Below the pieces are notes generated by a model that was given only the letters and a program-made list of their open reading frames with translations, had not been told where the DNA came from and searched no databases. From Candidatus Omnitrophota bacterium (GTDB lineage: Bacteria > Verrucomicrobiota > Verrucomicrobiia > Limisphaerales > UBA1319), in assembly GCA_023473405.1 (NCBI GenBank), contig JAMCZD010000408.1, forward strand, positions 1 through 35,082: a DNA stretch of 35,082 nucleotides, given 5' to 3'. This document shows positions 1-7,868 of this stretch, one piece after another. How positions within the stretch are numbered: the stretch's first letter is position 1; each line of letters starts with the position of its first letter. The translations under genes and the position numbers were made by a program.

Positions 1-238
1 ATTGGGCCAGGACGTACTCGGGTTTGCCGGCTAGATTGTCTCTCCTCCTCCATGCCGGCCAATATGCGCCGGATGATTTTAGTCTGTAAATATCCTAAAA
101 TCAGGGTAATTTACGCGGCATGAGATGCTTTGATCGCAGCCGCCGACTTAGTTCATGGCCACTCGGTTTCCGCCCATGGAAAACGTCATTCCGAGCCGGC
201 AGGGGTACCAGTTGTTGATCCACTGGGGTAAGGCCGCC

Positions 239-1000
239 ATGCTTAAAGTCCCGCTCTCAACGCTCGTCAAGTATTGCGATCGGTTTCTGCAAATCGATCA
301 ATTCGACGATTGGCCGGGGGCGCTGAATGGACTGCAAGTCGAGAACAGGGGTTTGGTCAGCCGGCTGGCGGCAACTGTGGACGCCAGCCTGGCCACGATC
401 GAGCTTGCGGTCGCCAACCGGGCGAACCTGTTGCTCGTTCATCATGGCCTGTTCTGGGGGCCGGTCCAGCCATGGACCGGCAGGCGCATTGAATTGCTGC
501 GACTGCTTCTTGAGAACGACTTGGCGGTTTATAGCGCGCATTTGCCGCTGGATGTCCATCCGCGCGTCGGCAACAACGCCCGACTCTGCGCCGCCATTGG
601 GATCGAGAAATATCGTCCTTTTTTCTTTGACAAAGGACGTTATCTTGGATTTCGAGCAGCATTGAGCATCTCGCGCGACGACCTGGTCCGGCGCCTGGCG
701 CGGGCGTTGAACCGGGAACCGTTGGTGCTGCCCGGCGGACCGTCGCATTGCCGGCGAATCGGTGTGGTGACTGGCGGCGCGGGGGAACAATTGAGGCTGG
801 CTGCGGAGGAAGGCGTGGACACCTTTATCACCGGTGAAGGCCCGCACTGGACGTATGCCCTGGCGGAGGAGCTGGGCGTTAATGTTATTTATGGGGGTCA
901 TTATGCCACGGAGACCTTCGGGGTAAAGGCCCTGGCGGCCCATGTCGCCCGCAAATTCAAATTGGAGTGGCAATTTGTCGATCACCCCACGGGGCTATAG
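239..1000 (+). CDS. NIF3/YbgI-family dinuclear-metal-centre protein (GTP cyclohydrolase 1 type 2 homologue)
   Basis: ORF 155..1000. Family hallmarks in the translation: 'ALNGLQVEN' near the N-terminus, 'LLLVHHGLFW' (HHG metal motif) and C-terminal 'GGHYATE'. I moved the start to ATG 239 (MLKVPLSTL...) because NIF3 proteins begin about 30 aa before the NGLQV motif and GGGGTAAGG lies just upstream. ATG 155 remains possible. Confidence 0.8.
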   Translation: MLKVPLSTLVKYCDRFLQIDQFDDWPGALNGLQVENRGLVSRLAATVDASLATIELAVANRANLLLVHHGLFWGPVQPWTGRRIELLRLLLENDLAVYSAHLPLDVHPRVGNNARLCAAIGIEKYRPFFFDKGRYLGFRAALSISRDDLVRRLARALNREPLVLPGGPSHCRRIGVVTGGAGEQLRLAAEEGVDTFITGEGPHWTYALAEELGVNVIYGGHYATETFGVKALAAHVARKFKLEWQFVDHPTGL

Positions 1001-1427
1001 TGCATTAAGTTTAATAATTCATTCTTCGGGAGATTGCTAATGGGGTGATTTGGAGACAAAAAAGGTTAAGAGTTTGCCAAAGGCGGTGGAGTCGTTGCAC
1101 CCAGGCAATGCTATGGTTGGCTTACTATTATTTTTGATTATGAACGACCGGTTGAGGGAAAACCTTGAATTATCAGCAGTTCGGCGGGTCGCCGGATGCC
1201 GGCGCGCTTTTATGCGTGGGCGCCGAGCTTCCTTTGGCAGCCTGTCGGAAGGTCGCGCTGATGATTGGGGAAGGGGAAAGCGAAACCGGTGTCGTGAAAT
1301 CATCGAGACCGGAATCTCCAGCCGGCCCGGAACGGCCAACGGGTAATCCAGCGGGGCCACATGAACACCAGAGATTCAGGTTGCCCGGCGGGCAACCCCA
1401 TCCGGTTCAGATTAATCCACAAAGACT
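1001..1427 (+). promoter_or_regulatory. Long (427 nt) intergenic leader/promoter region upstream of the hydrogenase operon; function unknown
   Basis: No credible coding signal: only short, mutually overlapping ORFs on both strands. The 5' third is AT-rich. The 3' two thirds are GC-rich with local stems (1224-1255, 1286-1312, 1381-1395). It is much longer than any spacer inside the downstream operon. Confidence 0.3.
1084..1099 (+). promoter_or_regulatory. Candidate sigma54 -24/-12 element (CGGTGGAGTCGTTGCA)
   Basis: GG-N10-GC spacing with TTGCA at the -12 side, compared with the consensus TGGCAC-N5-TTGCA. The -24 flank is poor. It was found post hoc, and no enhancer-binding protein gene is in the window. 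Confidence 0.2.
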
Positions 1428-3461
1428 ATGGCTCATAGGCTAACTACATGCACCTTCTGCGGTGTTGGCTGCGGAATCTACCTCGAGACCGCGGGAAACC
1501 GGGTTATGGGTGCTTATCCGAGTATGTCACATCCGACCAACCAGGGCCGGATTTGCATACGGGGTTGGAATGTGCATGAGGTAGCCAGCTCGCCCGACCG
1601 TCTCAAGACGCCGCTCATCAAGAAGAACGGCCAGTTTCACGAGGCGAGCTGGGACGAAGCCCTTGGCTTGGTCGCACGGCGGTTGACCGAAATCCGGGAT
1701 CGTCATGGCCCGGACGCGCTGGCTTTTTTCAATTCGCCCCGGTGTTCGAACGAGGAGAGTTACCTGCTGCAAAAACTCGCCAGGGCGGTCATCGGGACGC
1801 ATAATGTGGACCATGGCACGGGGGTATATTGCAACAACAGCATTCACGTGCTTCTGGATATGCTGGGCTTGCCAGCCACCACAAACTCGATTGGGGAACT
1901 GGACCAAAGCGAAGTGATTGTGGTTGACGGGGTGGACCTGGCTCGGCAGTTGCCGACCATAGGCGGGCGGGTCATTCAGGCGCGGCTTAAAGGGGCCAAG
2001 GTCATCGTAATCGACACGCGGCGACATCGGCTGGCTGAGAACGCCGATTTTTTCCTCCAGGTCCGGCCCGGGACGGAGGTGCTGCTGTATGGCGCCATGG
2101 CGAAGGTCATTGTGGACCGCGGCCTGATGAATCTCCCGTTCATACACGCCCATTGCCGGCAATACGAGGACTTCCTGGATAAGGTCCGGGACTACGATCT
2201 TTTGTCGGCCGCCGATCTTTGCGGGGTGCCGGCGGACCTGATCGAGGCGGCCGCGCTGGCATATGCGGGCGCTTCCTCGGCGGCCCTGCTTTATTCGACG
2301 GGCATCGAGGCGCGCGGCAAGGAAAGCATACGCGCCATTGTGAACCTGGCGCTATTGACGGGCCAGATCGGGAAGCCGGGCGCGGGGCTTTATGCCTTGA
2401 CCGAGCACAACAATCTGCAGGGGGTTTGCGACATGGGGATGCTGCCGGACCGACTGCCGGGGTACCAACCCATCTCGAACGACGCCTTTCGGGCGCGCCT
2501 GGAATCGCTGTGGTCGGCCAAACTGCCGGTTCAAACCGGGCTGGGGGCGGGCGGTCTTTTTCAGAGCGGGGGCCGAAGCAAGATCAAGGCCCTTTGGCTT
2601 GGCCGCTACGATCCGGTCACGACCGCGCTCTTCGGGAATGTAGTTGAATCGCTTAAACAGCTCGAGTTGGTGGTAGTCCAGCATTTATTCATGACGGGAA
2701 CGGCGCAGTATGCGGATGTCATCCTGCCTGTGGTGGCATTTGGCGAGGAAAAGGTGTCGTTTACCAGCACCGATCGCCGGATTCAATTGGCCGAGAAAGT
2801 GATCGATCCCCCGCCCGGCCCGCGACCAGCTTGGGAGCAGATCACGCAATTGGCACGTCATTTGGGGGCGGACTGGAGCTATGCGAATACGTCCGAGATC
2901 ATGGACGAGATAGGCGAGGTGATCCCGTTTTACAGCGGGGCAAGCCATGAGAATCTGGCGCGGGACTACGGCCGGCAGTGGCCTTGCACGAAGGACAAGC
3001 CGCTGGGGACGCGGTACCTGTTTGAAGAGGGTTTAACCGGGCAACCTTTCAAGTTTCTGCCCATTGTCAAACCGGGGGCCACAACGGCGATTACGGCGGA
3101 CTATCCCCTGGCCTTGGTTTTCGGCCATTCACTTTACTACTGGAACCAAAACGTGTTGATCAAGCATAGCGAGACCCTGAAACGCGAGTATCGCATCCTT
3201 CTGCTCGATTACCCGGATGGATTTGTGGAGATCAACAGCGAGGACGCCCGGCAAATGGGTCTGCGCGACGGGCAGAAGATTCGGTTGCGCGCTCCGAGCG
3301 GTTCGGCCGTCACCTCCGCGCGGGTGACGCACGAGGTTAAGGCCGGCACGATCATCGTCCCGTTTTTTGTGCGCGAGGTTCAGAAGCAAATCCTGGGAGA
3401 AACCGCGGCCGACACCGGCATCTTAAAGCATCCGGTGTGTGTCCGGATCGAAAAGGTATAA
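1428..3461 (+). CDS. FdhH-like molybdopterin/tungstopterin (bis-PGD) oxidoreductase subunit with a non-canonical active-site region
   Basis: 677-aa ORF. N-terminal Mo/W-bisPGD-type 4Fe-4S motif 'CTFCGVGC...GRICIRGW' (C-x2-C-x3-C...C). It is colinear, from memory, with E. coli FdhF blocks ('LARAVIGTHNVD', 'NNLQGVCDMGMLPD', 'LELVVVQHLFMT...ADVILP'). The stop at 3459-3461 lies 2 nt before the next ATG. Confidence 0.85.
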   Translation: MAHRLTTCTFCGVGCGIYLETAGNRVMGAYPSMSHPTNQGRICIRGWNVHEVASSPDRLKTPLIKKNGQFHEASWDEALGLVARRLTEIRDRHGPDALAFFNSPRCSNEESYLLQKLARAVIGTHNVDHGTGVYCNNSIHVLLDMLGLPATTNSIGELDQSEVIVVDGVDLARQLPTIGGRVIQARLKGAKVIVIDTRRHRLAENADFFLQVRPGTEVLLYGAMAKVIVDRGLMNLPFIHAHCRQYEDFLDKVRDYDLLSAADLCGVPADLIEAAALAYAGASSAALLYSTGIEARGKESIRAIVNLALLTGQIGKPGAGLYALTEHNNLQGVCDMGMLPDRLPGYQPISNDAFRARLESLWSAKLPVQTGLGAGGLFQSGGRSKIKALWLGRYDPVTTALFGNVVESLKQLELVVVQHLFMTGTAQYADVILPVVAFGEEKVSFTSTDRRIQLAEKVIDPPPGPRPAWEQITQLARHLGADWSYANTSEIMDEIGEVIPFYSGASHENLARDYGRQWPCTKDKPLGTRYLFEEGLTGQPFKFLPIVKPGATTAITADYPLALVFGHSLYYWNQNVLIKHSETLKREYRILLLDYPDGFVEINSEDARQMGLRDGQKIRLRAPSGSAVTSARVTHEVKAGTIIVPFFVREVQKQILGETAADTGILKHPVCVRIEKV

Positions 3462-3463
3462 CC

Positions 3464-4552
3464 ATGCGAGCCAAAGTAATAGACCGCGCCGAGGTGCTGA
3501 AGATAGTGGACCTGCTCCGGAAGGACTACGAGGTGCTGGCGCCCTTTTGCGGGCGGGGTCGGGACACCTTCTTTGACATCGTTACCGACGAGAATCGCGA
3601 TCAAATCCAAATCCACGTTCCGAATCCTTATTATCCGCCGAAGCGTTTTGTGCTGCCACATATCGAGCGGTTGCTCAAGATCGAGCAGCACGATCACACG
3701 CTGCGGGTGGAGCCGACTTACGACGAGGAACCCCGCGCCATTTTCGGCATTCGATCGTGCGACGTTGCGGGGATATATCATTTGGACCGGTTTTATCTTG
3801 GCGGGAAGTTCCGTGACATTTATTACGAAAAGCGCCGCAAGAACCTCTTCCTGGTCAACATGGTCTGCACCGATCCCGAGCTAGATATCGACGAGGAATG
3901 CTTCTGTGTATGCGCCGATACCGGACCGGCGGCGCGGGATCATTTTGACTTGCAGTTGATGGACCTGGGCGCCGAGTTCATGGTGGTAGCCGGTTCGGCG
4001 CGCGGCGAAGCCTTGCTGGCGCATCCGCTGTTTAAGAATGGCACCGCCGAACACCTGGAGAAACGGCGCCGAATCCTCGAGGAAGCGCGAGGGCATTTCA
4101 AAAAGGCCAACAGTTGGTTCGCAGCCACGATTCGTTACATGACCCAGGACCGCATCCTGGAAAAGACCTGGGAGGAAGTCGGCCATCGTTGTCTCGAATG
4201 CGGCGGCTGCACCTACGTGTGTCCGGCGTGCACCTGCTTCAGCGTTACCGACCGCCAGGTAGGTCCCGGCGAGATCGAACGGATTCGGCTTTGGGACTCG
4301 TGCGCCCTGGGCGGTTTTACCCGCATGGCCGGGGGATTCAATCCGCGCCGGGCGGTGCACGACCGGAGGAATCGTCGATTCTTTCGCAAATTGGCCCATT
4401 ATTTTATCCAGCGCGAGTTATCCATGGCCTGTGTGGGCTGCGGCCGTTGTGTGGCCGTCTGCCACGGAGACGTGGGCATGCCCAGCGTTGTGGAAATGAT
4501 CCGGCGCGCCACGGCCGCAAACGAGAAACATGAACCCGTCACCAACGCCTAA
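3464..4552 (+). CDS. HydB/AsrA-like iron-sulfur protein (sulfhydrogenase beta / anaerobic sulfite reductase A family)
   Basis: I moved the start from 3437 to ATG 3464 (MRAKVID...), because 3437 would overlap the upstream gene. There are two ferredoxin-type cluster motifs near the C-terminus, 'CLECGGCTYVCPACTC' and 'CVGCGRCVAVCHGD'. Length and layout fit the HydB/AsrA family. Confidence 0.7.
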   Translation: MRAKVIDRAEVLKIVDLLRKDYEVLAPFCGRGRDTFFDIVTDENRDQIQIHVPNPYYPPKRFVLPHIERLLKIEQHDHTLRVEPTYDEEPRAIFGIRSCDVAGIYHLDRFYLGGKFRDIYYEKRRKNLFLVNMVCTDPELDIDEECFCVCADTGPAARDHFDLQLMDLGAEFMVVAGSARGEALLAHPLFKNGTAEHLEKRRRILEEARGHFKKANSWFAATIRYMTQDRILEKTWEEVGHRCLECGGCTYVCPACTCFSVTDRQVGPGEIERIRLWDSCALGGFTRMAGGFNPRRAVHDRRNRRFFRKLAHYFIQRELSMACVGCGRCVAVCHGDVGMPSVVEMIRRATAANEKHEPVTNA

Positions 4553-5378
4553 CGTATTTTTGCCGAAGATCGCGATCCTGGACCGAGTGGATTCGGAGAT
4601 CGACGATGTTAAGACTTTTTATTGGCATTTCAAGGACCCTGCCGATCAGGAGGCCTTCCGTGTATTCCGGCCCGGCCAATTCGCCCAGGTGTCGATTTTC
4701 GGGGTGGGCGAGTTTCCCGCCTCGCTCCCGCCGAGCCCGACGGAGAACGAATACTTCTTCACGATTCGCCAGGTCGGCAGTGTCACCGCGGCATTGCACC
4801 AGCTGAAGCCGGGCGCGGTTTTTGGCGTTCGCGGACCGTACGGCAATGGTTTTCCGATGGAAGAGTATTACGGGCGGAACCTGGTGTTTGTGGCTGGGGG
4901 GATCGGGCTGATCCCGTTGCGGTCCTGCATCGTATATGCCCTCCATTTTCGGAAGAAATACAAAAAAATACAAATCTTCTACGGGTCGCGCGTTCCGAAG
5001 GACTTGCTCTATCTCGAGACGCTGAGGAAATGGCAAAAGACCGAGGGATTCGAATGTCACCTCACGGTGGATCGATCGACGGAGGGTTGGAACGGTCCGG
5101 TGGGCGTGGTTGGCAGCCTGTTCAAGAAGCCCGGGGTGTCGGTTCCGGTTGAGAACACCGTCGCCTTTGTTTGTGGTCCTCCGATAATGTTCCGCTTCGT
5201 GATCCGCGACTTGAAAACCATGGGATTCGAGGACGTGAACATAGTTTCCACGCTGGAACGTTACATGAAATGCGGGGTAGGCAAATGCGGTCATTGCTGC
5301 ATCGGCGTGGCTTATGTGTGTGTCGATGGTCCTGTGTTCACTTACGCGCAAATCCAAAAGTTGGGAGAGGAAATCTGA
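4530..5378 (+). CDS. HydG/AsrB-like FAD/NAD(P)-binding oxidoreductase with C-terminal [2Fe-2S] (sulfhydrogenase gamma / PyrK family)
   Basis: 'FTIRQVGSVT' (FAD R-x-x-S/T motif), 'LVFVAGGIGLIPL' (GGxGxxP nucleotide motif) and C-terminal 'CGVGKCGHCC...CVDGPVF' cluster motif. It overlaps the upstream gene by 23 nt. Confidence 0.8.
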   Translation: MNPSPTPNVFLPKIAILDRVDSEIDDVKTFYWHFKDPADQEAFRVFRPGQFAQVSIFGVGEFPASLPPSPTENEYFFTIRQVGSVTAALHQLKPGAVFGVRGPYGNGFPMEEYYGRNLVFVAGGIGLIPLRSCIVYALHFRKKYKKIQIFYGSRVPKDLLYLETLRKWQKTEGFECHLTVDRSTEGWNGPVGVVGSLFKKPGVSVPVENTVAFVCGPPIMFRFVIRDLKTMGFEDVNIVSTLERYMKCGVGKCGHCCIGVAYVCVDGPVFTYAQIQKLGEEI

Positions 5379-5893
5379 TGCCTGACCTTCGACAGCAGTT
5401 GTCCAAGTGCCTACGGGGCCGGGTCTGCCTGATTGGCCTTGGCAACGAGGATTGGGGGGACGATGGATTTGGGCTGAAACTGGCCCGGGCCATTCATACC
5501 GGCAGCAGCGCGAATGTCTTCCAGGGAGGCACTTGTCCAGACCGGGTCCTGGCGAAGATGGTTCCGGGGCAATACGATCATGTTGTTTTTCTGGATGCGG
5601 TGGATTTCGGAGGTGCACCGGGGTCGGTGGTGTTGTTGGACGCAACGGAGATGTCCAGCCGCTTTCCGCAAATTTCCACGCACAAGATTTCACTTGGGCT
5701 GCTGGCGAAGTGGGTGGAGACCGGGAGCACGACGAAGGCTTGGCTGCTCGGTGTCCAACCCGCCTCGCTGAGGCCGGCGGCCGAACTCAGCGCCGAGGTT
5801 CGAGTCACTTTGGAGATACTTGAGAATTTGTTGGATGAAGTATTGGAGGCAGAGCCTCTAAAACAGGCCGAGGAATTGTTGGGTGTATCATGA
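5378..5893 (+). CDS. hycI: Hydrogenase maturation endopeptidase (HycI/HyaD family)
   Basis: The ATG at 5378 overlaps the upstream TGA (TGATG). 'CLIGLGNEDWGDDGFG', 'FLDAVD' and 'STHK' match the Asp/Asp/His pattern of HycI-type proteases. The track start at 5171 is rejected because it overlaps the hydG-like gene in another frame. Confidence 0.8.
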   Translation: MPDLRQQLSKCLRGRVCLIGLGNEDWGDDGFGLKLARAIHTGSSANVFQGGTCPDRVLAKMVPGQYDHVVFLDAVDFGGAPGSVVLLDATEMSSRFPQISTHKISLGLLAKWVETGSTTKAWLLGVQPASLRPAAELSAEVRVTLEILENLLDEVLEAEPLKQAEELLGVS

Positions 5894-7854
5894 CAGCTGA
5901 ACATGCCGTTTTTTATAGTTTCATAGTCTGCGCCTTGGGCGCACTGCTGACACTGTTTCTGGGGGGAAACCGCCGGGTCGCGGGCTGGACGGCCTTTGTG
6001 GCCGCGGGCGTTTCCAGTTTGCTGGTGTTATATGGTGCAGGCAAGACGTTGGTGTCGGGCCCGGAGGATGCGGTGTCGTTCCTGGCGCTGCCGCGGTATG
6101 GGCTTGACCTCAGGCTTTATGTGGACGGCTTGAGCGCGCTTTTTCTGGGGTTAATCGCCGTGATTGCGGTGTTGTCCGCGTTTTACTCGATAGCCTACAT
6201 GGAGAGCTACCCGGAGTATGGTGTGAGGCGTTACTATCCATGGTTCCTGTTATTTGTGGGGGCGATGTATGGCATCGTTTCCATCACCGATACCATGGTC
6301 GTGTTTTTCCTGTTCTGGCAGATCATGACTTTTGCATCTTATGCCTTGGTTCGGTTCGAGTATAAGAGGCCGGAGAATGTCCGGGCTGCCTGGAAGTATT
6401 TGATCATGATGCAGATCGCCTGCGTCCTGGTCATGCTTGGCGCGGCCATGTTGGCGCCCGCGCCCGGCGGTGCCGCGGGCGGAGAAGCCATAAACCGGTT
6501 CGACTTCGACGTCTTGAGCGCTCATTTGCCAATGCTTTTGCGCGATCACAGCGCCTGGGCAGCGGTTGCTTTCGCCCTTTTCCTGGCTGGATTCGGCATC
6601 AAGTTGGGCATGTGGCCGTTTGGCCAAATCTGGCTGCCGGACGCGCATCCGGCCGCGCCATCGCCGGTGAGCGCCTTGCTGTCGGGCGTGATGATCAAGA
6701 CTGGGGTGTATGGGGTGGCGCGTTGCTTTTTGTGGCTGGTGCCAGCGGCGGGTCAAAAGGATTATCCGAGTCAAGGCTGGGGAGTGCTGATTGCGGTCTT
6801 GGGAACGATAACCCTTTTTTCGGGCACCATGCAGGCGCTCAAACAGGAGCAATCCAAGCGTTTGCTGGCCTTCCACAGCATCGGCCAGGTTGGATATATT
6901 CTGCTGGGCTTGGGGACCTGCCTGGCCTTGATGTCACCCGCTAATCCGGCCGTTATGGCGATTGGCGTGATCGGGTTGTGCGGCGCCTTGTTTCACACCT
7001 TGAATCACGGCTTGTTCAAGAGCCTGCTGTTCATGAACGCCGGTTCGATGCTGCACGCCACGGGGACGCAGGACCTGAATAAACTGGGCGGTTTGATGAG
7101 ATACATGCCGCTGACGGCTCTAACCGCGCTGGTGGCATCCTTTTCCATCTCGGGAGTTCCCTTGTTCAACGGGTTTGCCAGCAAATGGATCCTTTACTCA
7201 GCGGCTATCCAGGGTGGCTCGACAGCCCGATACCTGCCAGCGTGCGCCCTGGTGGCGATTTTGACGAGCGCCTTGACCTTGGCTTCGTTTATAAAATTCT
7301 TTGGTGTCAGTTTTCTCTCCAGGACGAGCGCCAGGGTGAAAGAACGGGTGGCTCAAGGGCAGCCGCTCGAAGTCGGGCCGCTCATGCAAGCGCCCCAACT
7401 GATTTTGGCGGCGTGCTGTCTGTTTCTGGGGGTAGTCCCCGGCGTGGCCGTGCACATCATTGGACTGGCAATCGACCATAGCCGCCAAGGTCTGGGGGTG
7501 TTTCTGGCCAATGCGCCGATGCTGGGCAACGGTCCTTGGGGCGGACTGCATGATCCCCAGGGGAAGGCTGTCTGGATTCCACTGGCCATTGTTTTGGTTT
7601 TTGCGTGTTTATTTGCGTTCGTTCACGGAATCACCCGATTGGGCGGGGCCACCCGGAAGGCAGTTCCGCCCTGGTTATGCGGTTACGCGCTTGAGACGGA
7701 TGCGAATCGCTATGGTGCTCACAATTTCTACGGTGAAATCAAGCGTTACTTCCGCTGGATAGGCGGTTCCCCTGCCCCGCAGCCAACGCGGCCACAGGCT
7801 GAATCGGCTGTTTCCACCAATCTTCCACCCACAGCAGCCGGCCGAACCGGCTAA
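5890..7854 (+). CDS. hycC: Antiporter-like membrane subunit of a group-4 hydrogenase (HycC/HyfB/NuoL family)
   Basis: 654 aa and very hydrophobic. Family stretches: 'WPFGQIWLPDAHPAAPSPVSALLSGVMIKTGVYG', 'LAFHSIGQVGYILLGLG' and 'LFHTLNHGLFKSLLFMNAGS'. ATGA overlap with the hycI stop. Confidence 0.8.
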   Translation: MTAEHAVFYSFIVCALGALLTLFLGGNRRVAGWTAFVAAGVSSLLVLYGAGKTLVSGPEDAVSFLALPRYGLDLRLYVDGLSALFLGLIAVIAVLSAFYSIAYMESYPEYGVRRYYPWFLLFVGAMYGIVSITDTMVVFFLFWQIMTFASYALVRFEYKRPENVRAAWKYLIMMQIACVLVMLGAAMLAPAPGGAAGGEAINRFDFDVLSAHLPMLLRDHSAWAAVAFALFLAGFGIKLGMWPFGQIWLPDAHPAAPSPVSALLSGVMIKTGVYGVARCFLWLVPAAGQKDYPSQGWGVLIAVLGTITLFSGTMQALKQEQSKRLLAFHSIGQVGYILLGLGTCLALMSPANPAVMAIGVIGLCGALFHTLNHGLFKSLLFMNAGSMLHATGTQDLNKLGGLMRYMPLTALTALVASFSISGVPLFNGFASKWILYSAAIQGGSTARYLPACALVAILTSALTLASFIKFFGVSFLSRTSARVKERVAQGQPLEVGPLMQAPQLILAACCLFLGVVPGVAVHIIGLAIDHSRQGLGVFLANAPMLGNGPWGGLHDPQGKAVWIPLAIVLVFACLFAFVHGITRLGGATRKAVPPWLCGYALETDANRYGAHNFYGEIKRYFRWIGGSPAPQPTRPQAESAVSTNLPPTAAGRTG

Positions 7855-7868
7855 CCCCTGAACTTGCC

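Noticed and set aside
1-53. Possible 5' end of a divergent - strand gene (ATG at 53-51 reading toward the window start: MEEERQSSRQTRVRPGP...)
   Set aside because: Only about 17 codons are visible, with no motif and no way to test coding potential. This is too little evidence to report.
96-101. TAAAAT -10-like hexamer upstream of the NIF3 gene
   Set aside because: No acceptable -35 element lies at 16-18 nt spacing, and promoter consensus in the likely source phylum is uncertain. I do not call it.
257-985. 242-aa ORF on the - strand, antisense to the NIF3 gene
   Set aside because: It is fully contained in the NIF3 gene, which carries clear family motifs. The antisense translation is Arg/Pro/Gln-rich and low in complexity, as expected for a shadow ORF in GC-rich DNA.
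1037-1443. Three short ORFs (92-107 aa) on both strands in the leader region
   Set aside because: They overlap one another, have no recognisable motifs and give Arg/Gly/Pro-biased translations. I treat the region as non-coding leader.
1827-1832. Possible in-frame TGA selenocysteine in the FdhH-like gene
   Set aside because: The ORF is continuous with no internal TGA. The position aligned to Sec140 is occupied by Tyr/Cys codons (TAT TGC), so there is no Sec recoding here.
3437-3463. Track start codons extending hydB-like (3437), hycI (5171) and hycD (9469) upstream
   Set aside because: Each extension overlaps the preceding gene in another frame and adds non-homologous N-terminal sequence. 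The downstream ATGs at 3464, 5378 and 9580 give family-typical N-termini and operon-style junctions.
4539-5693. 384-aa - strand ORF antisense to the hydG-like and hycI genes, and 368-aa - strand ORF at 8112-9218 antisense to hycE
   Set aside because: These are shadow ORFs opposite genes with unambiguous cofactor motifs. Their translations are Arg/Pro/Gly-rich with no motifs.
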